A DNA stretch of 64,000 bases from a virus (Duplodnaviria > Heunggongvirae > Uroviricota > Caudoviricetes), in the IMG/VR virus record IMGVR_UViG_3300025896_000021; one strand, written 5' to 3'. Positions 49,901-56,038 of the stretch are shown one piece after another. Each line of letters starts with the position of its first letter. Positions within the stretch are counted from its first letter, which is position 1. The notes under the pieces were generated by a model that ran no database searches, was not told the DNA's origin, and saw nothing but the letters and a program-made list of their open reading frames with translations. A program made the position numbers and the translations under genes.

Positions 49901-50811
49901 AAGCAGGCGCGGTTCTAGTACTGACTACTAATCTTGGGTTAGTTGATGCAGATACCGTGCAAGTTAATGGTATTATTGGGGCTGATCAACTGAACGGTCG
50001 TGCATATTATGTACAAGTTGGATCCCCTTATGTGATAGACGCAATTACATACTACCAATATGTTCTGTTCAATGATGCTGCATTAACTGATCCTATCTTG
50101 AGTAATAACGTCAACATGTACATCAGCGGTGGATTTGTTTGTAAGACAAGCTCATTGATTGCGCTAACTCCAACTATCATTACTATTGCACTGGATAACT
50201 CAAGTTACACATTTACACCAACAGATTCTAATAGAATTTGGGTGACTGTTAATGGAAAAAGACTTGACTCACATCAAGTTAGTATCGTAGATGATAATGG
50301 TACATCACGTCTAAACGTGCTAGCACCAGTAGCTACTGGGGATATAGTTATTGCAACTTCTATGGTTTCCGGCGGTACTCCAAACGCAACAGCTTACGGT
50401 ATAACCATCAGCAAGCAAGGTTTTGGAACTATCAGCAACATGAGTGTTAAAAATAGAACTTGGTTAACTGAAGCACTGTATATGTCACAAGATATAATAC
50501 ATTTCAATGATGTATCAAAAATAGTAGATTCTACTACCAAGATGCTGAACTTACACGGTGAGCGAATCAGATTTACTACTGTGGATTATGTAGCAAATAC
50601 GGTGTCAGGATTGACACGCGGGGTAGAAGGTACTGGTATTATATCTGTCCACTTGGCCTACAGCTATGTATATGGAATATCTGCTGCGAAGACGCTAGAT
50701 TCTTCATATTTCTTCAAGAGTTGGAATACTAAGAACTATACTAGCAGAGGTGATCCTATCCAGTTGAGTAATTCGTATCCTGTAGAATTCTTAGAATTAG
50801 GTATAAATTAA
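34957..50811 (+). CDS. Giant (5284 aa) multidomain baseplate/receptor-binding structural protein (gp7-like position)
   Basis: Uninterrupted 15.9-kb ORF after gp6; FG-GAP-like propeller repeats, BNR/Asp-box repeats, CBM5/12-like motifs, EVKPYH motif. Confidence 0.8.
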   Translation: MSKRVRTIDFLPEIFKTDTNNQFLSATLDQLVQPPNFSKIQGYVGSKFGYGVNATDGYVAEPTKTRKDYQLEPAVVFKKKDTQVAIDAITYPELIDALHIEGAATDNHHKLFTNEFYSWDSFADLDKLINYSQYYWLPQGPEPVNISDSTMYKSGAFTMLSNNVVYDITSDLYKFDVSNPTLTLVRGGSYTFIVNQNSEFYIQTQPGITGYEKLRTNISTREVYGVDVNGLANGTVTFDVPLANAQDENNYPGNNPVDLVVSMAIGDLHGKKVSDINNIDGVTSLDGKRIVFYGTQPGVQSYLGDFYGEFGFDVDDPARVVPTTTEVTQTAGSVTDFDEETFDSDPMNYTRHVITCLSTKDFSVNSVVTFSGIPFGGLTEGTVYYIESILSDTTFTVSTSLYGTAVELTDATTNENGKLFLTVHDGGFEEGSLTTVNDNFYTIKYIGDELDPIISVYEDGVIPNDQTILINYGTKYVTRHFVRNAYGEILLVPLITANLDKLYYQAGANPDQYGTIKLIDATSLSGIDISEIIGKKTYTSPNGVQFTNGLKVKFNGTVVPTQYTTDQYYVEGVGTSIALLPVSEQLVPEPFGQGFFAPFDQVSYDTDAYGNALLVPADSDYLTINRNSNSQNAWSRSNRWFHIDALNTVLANNDNSPMVKAALASTTARAKRPIIEYYANLKLFNSGTNGKAPVDYLNFTVTDALNQVAGKTAFFPDGSANELFDGARIIFANDSNIEVRNKIFVCNFSKVSPDQVPTITLSRAYDGDVAYNDQTVIVKGDQYQGKSYYFDGSTWSVAQLKKYVNQYPKFDVFDKNGISFGDIEYYPGSDFTGSTLFEYQPSSGVNDPILNFPIKYSSITNIGDISFDVSLNSQTFNYVYNSQSITTPINTGYVHTYSTNTLYDRHIGWQTAVEPTFQYQVFNLTYLGSDIVCDIPVKAVADTEWPVITVYVDNQRTTDYTYTTSDSTTTVTLNTPPTVGTPIEVLLFSDSVSKIAYYQIPSNFDHNPFNEQVTTVNLGDLRGHYKSICNNIKTLIGSAFGPNNFRDLGNIVPYGTRIVQSSASLVAPAIFLKSSNNNIFNALSFNAKEYTKYKAVLIDTVDRSDYNPLQSNSDILDDALDQISGTKSDASSFFWSDMLPSKGASTTKTYNFKSGVDSSVYPLTMIYDYTTANYNGVLVYLTRKIDGVSRNIQLVKDIDYTVSAVAKSLSISKYLIPNDSITVKEYAQTYGSYVPNTPTKIGLYPAYMPEVFQDASFITPTYFIRGHDGSYTKLYGDYNGGFLEDFRDRALLEFETRIYNNLKVVAKIPLQYDDIFPGQFRTTDYTFDELNAVYSSQFLNWVGTNRVDYKSQYYDATNEFTWNYSKSISKLTNTKLQQGNWRGVFYWLYDTSHPDTRPWEILGINNKPSWWDARYGAAPYTSDNILLWTDISNGSIWNNGDSYINAKRVRPGLLDVLPVDSNGKLVSPFTNVVNSYDVNTFNNEWTIGDMSPTEYSYRKSSMWPFDLMRMYALTKPAQFFSLGIDLDIYQYNYEFNQYLVNDRLRQPPSDLLVYGASADTAAHSYLNWIVDYLNQFGIDGSQQVTDYFNNTDVRLTYRMAGFSDKDLLKFFAEKGSPNSKNNSLLIPDESYNIILYENQPYSTIVYSSIIIQKTKFGFRVYGNSQDKAYFVISDANLNGIYSTVTINDYSISVPTKFRDTTTYISYGTEFATVESLAQFVSSYGNYLVTQGVKFNNIENALELNWNQMIAELLYWSLSGWEDGSIVNLNPNANSITITTDIGIVQPLTLYQENYILNQNLIPIPLNDLGITRLDTTFTATALNQGDSLSFMRCKVSGVEHIVVFDNTTVFNDTMFNLVTGLRQQRIYVKGTKTAEWTGQMNAAGFIINQDNIQEWVSNQKYNKGSIVKYKNEYWIANRVTVVPVSKFNTDEWNKTSYDSIQKGLLPNPSTRAYESTLYYNTNAANLKNEADLLSFSLIGYRPRNYLAEANLDDTTQVNIYKNMISSKGTRNAFDALIGANLQQSSLTYDFYENWAIKTSNYGGVLNKNFIEFTLDESQLLGNPATVGIVHGETVDNVQQLVQLYDLKNYGYTINNTNILPTISSTTDSKLPSAGYVNLDDVLYTGYYVDNLDNASISNLYKNDYVWIADKIGEWKVYTPIPTVARLTNVVNNLNNTATFTFTYHHDLAVNDIIGIIDYDYRVNGYYTVVSVNSLTSIVVSLTLDSGVTSINSNKSNIMFKFYNQRVTSAKDISTLELLNADYVKNKVWVDKNQNGEWSVLRKTNNYEYTNFIKPGNTIEFGSAVAYTEKLGYFVSDPANSKVHRFVETSSGNSQYALVDTITHGQGYGTAMVKNDDIMIISQPDPFGDLSILYVYRMVKTDRITSLVEEQILAVAGFRLGDSLALSGDGELFYASVIDLNAIIEFQRSADYSYYNIGAVLKSAVTPGSTSFELYGNIPNLVPGRYITFTNFGYDDKYTVVTSKYNSSTDSTTVYLSEAVLYSVSTGSAVYRASVSYFILGAISSEGLANGSDLFSSSLATNYDGSKLFVGSPQSDFSQQLLDSGYAFVYDRLIENWEVITDSPGNSFTLFFLPWQPTPTSVVYINDVKLHPSYYVLISNLLVIGPILRAGDVVTVSSGNMVLVQELASYDLIEEIDPGAKFAWSLDCNTSGSELLIGSPFNLNQEEKEGAVFRYSNEGKHFGRITGILQCHLLEPASILINGYRVALPDPTMSAPGDAFYVANKINQAVITNVFAYATEDNRLVIRLRDVDLNPINNKLNLTVFNGNIMAELGIAMYLKTQVIYDPHAETRTQFGYKVKFNEQNSFIVSAPAAPRYMGTQFDFSNDENNHNDTVFDNNFTQWEDKYGDAGTVYMYDYIPSYNESLVTASNYVYSQTLPDQELAYGRQPYYGQSLDFIKNKVMIGTPNFKNGSINGRVTVYENNVGAANWAVYRESALVTDITKIQKVQIYNNITDVTVESLDYFDPQQGKLLGPIRENIDFITSVDPAGYNNTNAKGNMAWGKNQIGKIWFDVTTTKFINYHQNDVVYNSKYWGNVFPGSTVTVYSWIESDVMPAFYIGTGQPYNFGNYSLGFETDASGNLSTRYYYWVRNTDTLFGLQGKTLTDTVIAQYIANPQSSGIAYFAALSPSVYSLYNVRDFIYSKNTNLHIGFSTNDIDIPNHSEYQLIRNGYANDFLRGVPDNINYVEPAGLYNKFLNSFAGVDEIGQVLPNPNLPKLLQIGIGTRPNQSLFINRFSALENYLQYANTVMKTYPINELSTITFLNTYGDSFDTRKYWQNIYWWADGYSSTTKTAFEVATYYDLLKVTAKEELIVGVSMNSQGNREVYKYITSSWVRIGLEDGTIEFLQTLWDYENNRIGFGDVFFDTVSFDAYPSIETKYIVRALNEQIYVGPLTIYKNKSLILMFEYIQSENVESQNYLPWLNKTSLADVSYNIRSLLPYQKYQSDNTNLLEGYLNEVKPYHVVLKEFSFKYDGIDTFDGNITDFDLPSKYNSTLKRFVSPQLSYSSSLSGGEYNSADAIWSSDAEYQSWISNYGLKLIAKKNQVVARLVKYVNTISQSLYVDNARGLPAAGIITIGGELIAYSKVDRNRGKLSGLSRGMSNTKVTTHLPDTSVYADLPSVIVLDTGRGYIDPPIVKAYIDTSKYPAPTREAVLKAAMSGDKVIEVEVIDPGEGYAVAPEIIFQSAFETVFNESDINFQSNLLVLDPTDIVTGDLIKIIAGGNSDEAIISGYYYVTVLGFNSGSSGVNDKPVVSLHYNYRDSTVGEHKVVFKKITTALSYTLQMVPRAIAVTTSPLIRSINTTMRLDRTSYQTMIEEWKSGTYWPSPFNSLGNDASTDTSLSYGIPFTFEYNDGKNFQNSAYGAGVKFTVYNQTMLEMYAVTIEASGAGYTVGDTITVEGYYLDGVTGTNDCTITVTSIIGSYATGPIKTVTVLGTPYSQSGAGAQGALLPIMATETVEDAVVVTLNYKPSTLKPGQIKGLRMYFYRHFEPYVYDDTGTSFTGSISGTTLTVTAIVGSSTTLSIGDHVYGRGVYFKGAGTTITGFVTGTGRLGTYTVTPSQTVASTDMNTGGGAVIEVYRPRFNPVSITNQYFIKILNYGWKYIDDDQILLSGALLGGTAGTNDASINIRYAGDFGQIQIASITGVSNGGFKQYYVMPVSATQIKLFVDTKLTIPVLSADYTFTNTVTDFAFIPEPLSSGGGYKYTVTAIVSYDNRVWRCLISNSDDYFDFAKWEVIPSDSRLLNALDRTMGYYKPTVDMPAKDVRQLFTGTTFPNAVYYGNSFAPGDELPLDVVLKDQIFYPRDTDIKAIIFDGTSYVAVGETATHSVALISDDGTNWRVIKLSDQNLGVTDIVYSGIYYVISTTTIATPVLLSDDKVNWSTLGSNVAYDFTPYGYTGFDSLALTVPSEEMYSLTYANDKFFAIGKDIVSSDDGITWNIVFSFGSELDNQIKNLRYVNSTNFVGYIAVGGGYQVVEGAGTSSPVVEYRARIITEVDSVWNTFNPSFTGNQMNTVIASSDIIVVAGANGEIWNSINTRNWIMSSVSGGTVTATLRDSSYGNNIFVIVGDAGTILKSVDGISWGVIASPISFDLTGITFDGTYFYAVGNNGVIIRSTNGSAWQDISFITTDKALYDIKGSEYLSGYGPEELVPGIISDTLSMKVTTRPGSYWDNDTFTQSFLYGNTGFNIVSEIVTPTGTTASFDNLVENPAQLSVFIVDSITKLGNRIYENYGYALNWITKTITLSTALVAGKSLLVEVYEVGNGRQLVRSNSQLMPVTIDTTTGHSQIILNEKAQNLSASIIYRNGTKLVNNTDYQIVTVANYMKVLFSTTYDLSVDYLSFAILGTALSEYNANEYSYSIPETQVFVYTSSNVFTLTNSLGGNNNVNAIVELNGLRLLSSQYSINTSAKTLTVTAALVATNIVATNIVAITTFNDTQRQYLTTDSSTNMEVTAINTIDTTQAGAVLVLTTNLGLVDADTVQVNGIIGADQLNGRAYYVQVGSPYVIDAITYYQYVLFNDAALTDPILSNNVNMYISGGFVCKTSSLIALTPTIITIALDNSSYTFTPTDSNRIWVTVNGKRLDSHQVSIVDDNGTSRLNVLAPVATGDIVIATSMVSGGTPNATAYGITISKQGFGTISNMSVKNRTWLTEALYMSQDIIHFNDVSKIVDSTTKMLNLHGERIRFTTVDYVANTVSGLTRGVEGTGIISVHLAYSYVYGISAAKTLDSSYFFKSWNTKNYTSRGDPIQLSNSYPVEFLELGIN
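49771..49805 (+). repeat. Perfect 15-bp in-frame tandem duplication
   Basis: gttgcaactaatata x2 + gttgc (VATNI VATNI VA). Confidence 0.9.
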
Positions 50812-50813
50812 AA

Positions 50814-50821
50814 GATAAATA
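50814..50821 (+). promoter_or_regulatory. Late promoter (GATAAATA)
   Basis: 4 nt before the ATG of a 51-aa ORF. Confidence 0.7.
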
Positions 50822-50825
50822 AATT

Positions 50826-50981
50826 ATGAACGATAAACCCATTGATGTAGACGAAAACACTATAGACACTACCCCTGGTCCGACTCCAGACGAGCAGGGA
50901 GGGTTTATTTTTAGCTCAGTTCTGAAAATAACTGATCCTAATACAAAAGAGATTATATTACACATGCGAGGCGACGATTAA
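50826..50981 (+). CDS. Small 51-aa protein (below ORF-track cutoff)
   Basis: MNDKPIDVDE...PDEQGGFIFSSVLKITDPNTKEILLHMRGDD; fills the gap, has its own promoter and a TAATG overlap with the next gene. Confidence 0.75.
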   Translation: MNDKPIDVDENTIDTTPGPTPDEQGGFIFSSVLKITDPNTKEIILHMRGDD

Positions 50982-51601
50982 TGTCAAAAGTAACGATTCC
51001 AATTCAAATTGAGGGTTTTCTGAAAGTATACGACCCTAATAGCGGGGAAGTGTTCTATGATGGACATAACGCCATCCACTATGAAAACATCAGTGTAGCT
51101 ATTGCAGATACATTGAGCAGTCGAGGATACGGAAGTATCATCAAAATGGCTTTTGGTAACGGCGGCGCAAGCGTTGACGAAACCGGAGTTATCACATATT
51201 TACCTACTAATACTATCGGTCAAAATGCTAGCTTGTATAACCAAACTTATACAAAGATTGTTGACGATACCAGCGTTTTAAACACTGATCCTACCCGCAA
51301 TAAAATGCTAGTAAGTCACACTACTGGCAAGGTTTATACTGATATTGTTATCGAGGCATTACTAGATTACGGCGAGCCTCCAGGCCAGTTAGCGTTCGAC
51401 AATGGAACTCAGCTAGAATCCGCATTTGTTTTTGACGAAATTGGATTATTAGCAGACTATGGAAGTGATGAGGCAGGCAATGAACTGACCAAATTACTAA
51501 CTCATGTCATTTTTCACCCGGTTCAAAAGAGTTTGAACAGACAAATCCAGATAGATTATACCGTTAGAATACAAAGTCTAACCAACTTAATCACAGTTTA
51601 A
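50981..51601 (+). CDS. Baseplate/tail-fibre attachment structural protein
   Basis: 206 aa; MAFGNGG, FDEIGL, THVIFHPVQKSLNRQIQIDYTVRI; located between baseplate and fibre genes. Confidence 0.6.
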   Translation: MSKVTIPIQIEGFLKVYDPNSGEVFYDGHNAIHYENISVAIADTLSSRGYGSIIKMAFGNGGASVDETGVITYLPTNTIGQNASLYNQTYTKIVDDTSVLNTDPTRNKMLVSHTTGKVYTDIVIEALLDYGEPPGQLAFDNGTQLESAFVFDEIGLLADYGSDEAGNELTKLLTHVIFHPVQKSLNRQIQIDYTVRIQSLTNLITV

Positions 51602-51609
51602 GATAAATA
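51602..51609 (+). promoter_or_regulatory. Late promoter (GATAAATA)
   Basis: Upstream of the GGAG SD and ATG 51634. Confidence 0.7.
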
Positions 51610-51633
51610 TTACATAAAGCGGAGCAACATAGA

Positions 51634-52851
51634 ATGGCTTATACAATTATTAGAAGTAATGGAACGACACTGACTACAATTCAGGATGGAACCATTAACA
51701 CCACTAGCACTTCACTAGGATTACCTGGTAGAAATTACGCAGGGTACGGACAAACTTTAAACACTAACTTTGTCAGATTGACAGAGAATTTTGCGTATGA
51801 TACTCCACCAGCAAACCCCTTAAAAGGTCAGTTGTGGTATAACACTACCGCAGGGACATTAAACGTCTGCCCCACAGACGGCCTTACTACTATTTCAAGC
51901 TGGCTAACACTAGCTAGCACGAATTCAGGTGGTAATACTACTCTAGGAAACGTAGTCGTTACTGGTAACGTATCTGCAACTAATTTTATTGCATCTGACG
52001 CAATTGTCGGAGACACTATTACAGTTCGTTTAGCGACAGTATCAGATACACTATCCGCTGCGATAGCAACTATCACTAGCGCATCTATTCCAAGTTTAAA
52101 CACTCAAACAATCACTACCGGTAGTCAAACTACTTCAGGTGCATTGACTGGTAGTTGGACTGTATTGGGTAATAATGCTACTGGTGGTAATTCATTCAGT
52201 GTTACAGCAGGTAACATTGCATTCCCTTCAGCTAGCACACACGGTATTAAGTGTGACAAGTATATGTACGCAAACGGTGCAAACTTTAACCCATCAGGTA
52301 CATTCAATAGCTCAAATGTAAGTGACTATTTGACTGGAGCAAATAGCGTAGCTCAGTTTACTGGTAACATTGCCCCTGCTGGTATCACTACTAGTAGCAT
52401 TTCAGGCGGCGGCGCAATCAATGGTATCTGGACATTAGGTGTCGGTGCTCGTTTGCAAGCAACTTATGCTGACTTGGCCGAACGCTTCGCAGCCGATGCC
52501 GAATACGAGCCGGGAACAGTAGTTGAACTAGGTGGTGAAAAAGAAGTCACTGCGGTAGTAGCTGATCTATCTGACACAGTATTTGGTGTAGTAAGTAACA
52601 CTGCTGCTCTTATGATGAACAGTGTTGCAGGGGATGACAAAACTCATCCACCAATCGCTATGAGTGGGCGTGTTAATGTTAAAGTAACTGGCCCAGTTAA
52701 AAAAGGTGAACGACTTGTAAGCGCAGGCAATGGAATGGCACGTGCTGCACAGCCCGGCGAAATTACTGCTTTCAATACAATCGGACGAGCACTTGCAAAC
52801 AAACTAGATGATGGTGTAGGCAAAGTAGAAGCTGTCGTAACTATTATCTAA
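51634..52851 (+). CDS. Tail fibre protein with C-terminal chaperone/autocleavage-like domain
   Basis: GRNYAGYG...ENFA...GQLWYNT anchor; C-terminal YADLAERF...YEPGTVV...GRVNVKVTG (Peptidase_G2/IMC-like). Confidence 0.7.
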   Translation: MAYTIIRSNGTTLTTIQDGTINTTSTSLGLPGRNYAGYGQTLNTNFVRLTENFAYDTPPANPLKGQLWYNTTAGTLNVCPTDGLTTISSWLTLASTNSGGNTTLGNVVVTGNVSATNFIASDAIVGDTITVRLATVSDTLSAAIATITSASIPSLNTQTITTGSQTTSGALTGSWTVLGNNATGGNSFSVTAGNIAFPSASTHGIKCDKYMYANGANFNPSGTFNSSNVSDYLTGANSVAQFTGNIAPAGITTSSISGGGAINGIWTLGVGARLQATYADLAERFAADAEYEPGTVVELGGEKEVTAVVADLSDTVFGVVSNTAALMMNSVAGDDKTHPPIAMSGRVNVKVTGPVKKGERLVSAGNGMARAAQPGEITAFNTIGRALANKLDDGVGKVEAVVTII

Positions 52852-52860
52852 GGATTCGTA

Positions 52861-53832
52861 ATGGCATATTCAAAATATGGTAAAATAGAAGCCAAAGACT
52901 TCAATGATGATATTAAAGGTAGTACAACTAGTACTGCATCAACTAATATCAATTCAGTGTGGTCTGTTGGCAATAGTAAGGGTGGGTACGGTCAAACGGC
53001 AGTACCGAGTATCACTGTTACTGGAAAAGTTACTGCTACTGAATGGGCTGCTATAATTTCTACAGTTGCTAACACTGCAAGTCATCAGGGCACCCCTATC
53101 ACTGCTATCACTGCACCTACGACAGGTAGTCCTGTAGTATATTATGCTGCGTTACCGGTTAACATTACTAACGTGTATGCTGGTAAAAATAATGCAGCGG
53201 CACAAGGTTCTTCGATAACAGGTACTGTTACCAATGCTACCACTTGGTACAATGCTATAACATTTACGCAAACTGTTACTTTTGCGTCGGGGGATGCGGC
53301 ACGATATTTCTTTAATGCCGGCGGTCAGATTGCGCTAACCTTTGCTCATCCTACTGGAAGCGGCATTAATGGATTATTCAACGCATTGGGTACTTCATGT
53401 GGTACTATAGTTGTTAGTAGTCCTAATACAGGCACTGCTACGATTGCTGCTACTAATTATAATGGTATAACCAAAGTCGGCGGAGCTGGAACAGTAACTA
53501 CTTTATTACCAAACGTTGGCTACTGGGGTCTAACTACTACTAACCAAGAAGTGTTCAAGCAGTTTGGCGGCTCATTTACTAATCCTATCCCAGGTGGCGG
53601 CACATACAGTCAGAACTTTTTGTCAGTAAACGTTAAAACAAATGGCGCTCAAGGAAGTAACGGTGATAATGGATCAATTATTACAATCACTACTACTTGG
53701 GATGAAGTACCTAATGGATTGGTAGCATCTGCTGGTACTGCGGTAACAGCAACCGTCAAGCCACCGTCAACTACTTACATCACAAACACTTGGGGAACTC
53801 CGGCAATTGCTGGATCAGTCACTGGCCAGTAA
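52861..53832 (+). CDS. T/G/S-rich virion structural protein
   Basis: 323 aa; GYGQT, VTATEW, ARYFFNAGGQI motifs; follows the fibre gene. Confidence 0.6.
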   Translation: MAYSKYGKIEAKDFNDDIKGSTTSTASTNINSVWSVGNSKGGYGQTAVPSITVTGKVTATEWAAIISTVANTASHQGTPITAITAPTTGSPVVYYAALPVNITNVYAGKNNAAAQGSSITGTVTNATTWYNAITFTQTVTFASGDAARYFFNAGGQIALTFAHPTGSGINGLFNALGTSCGTIVVSSPNTGTATIAATNYNGITKVGGAGTVTTLLPNVGYWGLTTTNQEVFKQFGGSFTNPIPGGGTYSQNFLSVNVKTNGAQGSNGDNGSIITITTTWDEVPNGLVASAGTAVTATVKPPSTTYITNTWGTPAIAGSVTGQ

Positions 53833-53855
53833 AATAAAGCATGTGTTAGTATCCA

Positions 53856-53863
53856 TCTAAATA
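53856..53863 (+). promoter_or_regulatory. Late promoter (TCTAAATA) heading the modification cluster
   Basis: Followed by AGGAG SD and ATG 53879. Confidence 0.6.
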
Positions 53864-53878
53864 CTCGTAGGAGTGTTC

Positions 53879-54184
53879 ATGGATACTAAACAACTTATCA
53901 CCGAAGCAAAAGCTCGCTTCAATCACAACTCAGCAAAAGCATATCTAAAAGACAAATACGAAAGTAAGTTGTCCGTCGCCGATCAGGGTGGTTTATGGGT
54001 AGCTACAGTAGAACTAATCTCGTTCTTAACCATCAGCACCATGGATCATGTAGTCTTGTTAGATACATATTCTAATCCTGTCAAAGTAAATAGGGCAGCG
54101 TTACTCACCAAACTAGACAAAACTTATACCTATGTTATGGATCAATGGCATACTGAATGGGCAGCACTAGAGAAGAAGCGATGA
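53879..54184 (+). CDS. Hypothetical protein (101 aa)
   Basis: AGGAG SD; ATGA overlap with the next gene. Confidence 0.7.
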   Translation: MDTKQLITEAKARFNHNSAKAYLKDKYESKLSVADQGGLWVATVELISFLTISTMDHVVLLDTYSNPVKVNRAALLTKLDKTYTYVMDQWHTEWAALEKKR

Positions 54185-54972
54185 GCAAAGGTGTATTATT
54201 ATTCGCATTTAACAATGACAAAGTAGATTATTATGCAATGGCAATTGCTACTGCTAAACGTGCGAATCAGTTTTTAAATTTACCGGTAACTGTTATAACC
54301 GATGCGTCTACTGACATGTCAAAGTATGATTACGAGTTTGACAATGTTGTCATAGTTGAAGCTGACAGAACTAATCTCAATGCACAGAATGAAGTATGGA
54401 TAAACAAAGGTAGATACCAAGCGTACAATCTAAGTCCATATGACGAAACATTACTACTAGATACAGATTATCTAATCAACAGCAATACATTGTTGAAACC
54501 ATTCGAATTATACGATGACTTCATGTGTCACAATCGGACTAGCTTTCTAATGATTCCAAATCACTATCAAGAGATGATAAGTGATCAGTCTTACCCTACG
54601 TTATGGGCTACCGTGATCTATTTTAAAAAGACTGCAAAGACTAAGCAGATTTTTGAATGCATGGAAATGATTCAAAAGAACTATCGTCATTACACAACAT
54701 TGTACCACATGACCGTGGGCAACTTTAGAAATGACTTTGCACTAACCATTGCACTACGAATCGTGTGTGGACAGACTGACGATAGTAGTCATTACATCCC
54801 GTGGAACTTAGTACACGTTGGAAAGAACACCCATGTGTACCGAGACTCAGATACAATGTATACTGTCATATATGATAACTGGCAACGAGGTAAGATAAAA
54901 AAAGAGTATAGCATTGTAACTGATACTGACTTTCACCTGTTGAACAAAGAAAACTTTATGGAGTTGATATGA
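54181..54972 (+). CDS. GT-A fold glycosyltransferase-like protein
   Basis: KGVLLFAFN...AYNLSPYDETLLLDTDY (DxD); start at MSKG by ATGA overlap. Confidence 0.7.
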   Translation: MSKGVLLFAFNNDKVDYYAMAIATAKRANQFLNLPVTVITDASTDMSKYDYEFDNVVIVEADRTNLNAQNEVWINKGRYQAYNLSPYDETLLLDTDYLINSNTLLKPFELYDDFMCHNRTSFLMIPNHYQEMISDQSYPTLWATVIYFKKTAKTKQIFECMEMIQKNYRHYTTLYHMTVGNFRNDFALTIALRIVCGQTDDSSHYIPWNLVHVGKNTHVYRDSDTMYTVIYDNWQRGKIKKEYSIVTDTDFHLLNKENFMELI

Positions 54973-55694
54973 GAGGGTTCGTGATAATGGCTCAGAATAC
55001 TGAGACAACTGATTACGTAAAGTGCGCAGAAGCATTATCTAAAAGTATCAAGCAAGCGATGCCTGACGCCAATGTGACTATCATTACTGAGTTACCATTA
55101 AAACTTGACGGCTTTGCTAACGATTGGCAGGTATACAATGCTAGCCCCTACGAGTATACAATCAAACTAGAAGCTGATATGTTTATCCCTACTGACATAA
55201 GCTACTGGTGGGATGTGTTGCAGGATAGAGACTTGGTGTTGTGTACGACTATACGAAACTTCAAAGGAGAAGTATCAGACGTGATGGCTTATCGTCAATT
55301 CATCACTGACAATGAATTGCCCAACATCTACAATGCTATCACTTACTTTAAGAAATCAAGTATTGCTCAACAATTCTTTAACTTAGTCAATGACATCTTC
55401 ACAAACTGGGAAGACTACAAGAAAATCTTAAAGTGCGATATTAATGAACCAGCGTCTACTGATTGGGTATACGCCATTGCTTCACACTTGATGGGCGTAG
55501 AACAGACAACGCTCCCCACGTTCACTCAAATGAGCATGGTGCATATGAAGCAACACATTAATGGATTGATAACAGAAGATTGGACTAAAGAACTAGTAAC
55601 TGAGTTCCATGCTGACGTGCTGAAAGTCAACACAATCGTACAAAGATACCCCTTTCATTATTATGTCAAAGAATTTGTTGAGGTAATAGTATGA
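54969..55694 (+). CDS. GT-A fold glycosyltransferase-like protein (paralog of upstream gene)
   Basis: RGFVIMAQN...VYNASPYEYTIKLEADM...ITYFKKS...STDWVYAIA aligns with the upstream paralog. Confidence 0.65.
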   Translation: MRGFVIMAQNTETTDYVKCAEALSKSIKQAMPDANVTIITELPLKLDGFANDWQVYNASPYEYTIKLEADMFIPTDISYWWDVLQDRDLVLCTTIRNFKGEVSDVMAYRQFITDNELPNIYNAITYFKKSSIAQQFFNLVNDIFTNWEDYKKILKCDINEPASTDWVYAIASHLMGVEQTTLPTFTQMSMVHMKQHINGLITEDWTKELVTEFHADVLKVNTIVQRYPFHYYVKEFVEVIV

Positions 55695-56038
55695 CCGATG
55701 ACACATCACAACTCTTTTGGGAAGTTAAAGCACCCGAATCAGTAGAGTTTAGGTTGTATTATGATGACAAAGGTAGTATAATAACTTATACCTGTGAGAA
55801 GCTACCGGGTAACTATCTTGTAATTGATGCCCAAGTGTTTGCTGAATGCAGACCTGATCTTACTGTAGTGAACGGCATGCTAGTCAAACTTGTACCTGAA
55901 GTGTTTCTTTCATTACTAGCTAAGTCTGATTCAGGAACTAAGTGTGCAAGCGATGATGTTTCGATAATAGTATCGGATGACTACGAAGGTAATATCACAC
56001 ATTGGGACCTAAAAAGATATGAGTACAAATATAGTTGA
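55691..56038 (+). CDS. Hypothetical protein (115 aa)
   Basis: Coupled ORF; FRLYYDDKG motif; no family recognised. Confidence 0.65.
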   Translation: MTDDTSQLFWEVKAPESVEFRLYYDDKGSIITYTCEKLPGNYLVIDAQVFAECRPDLTVVNGMLVKLVPEVFLSLLAKSDSGTKCASDDVSIIVSDDYEGNITHWDLKRYEYKYS

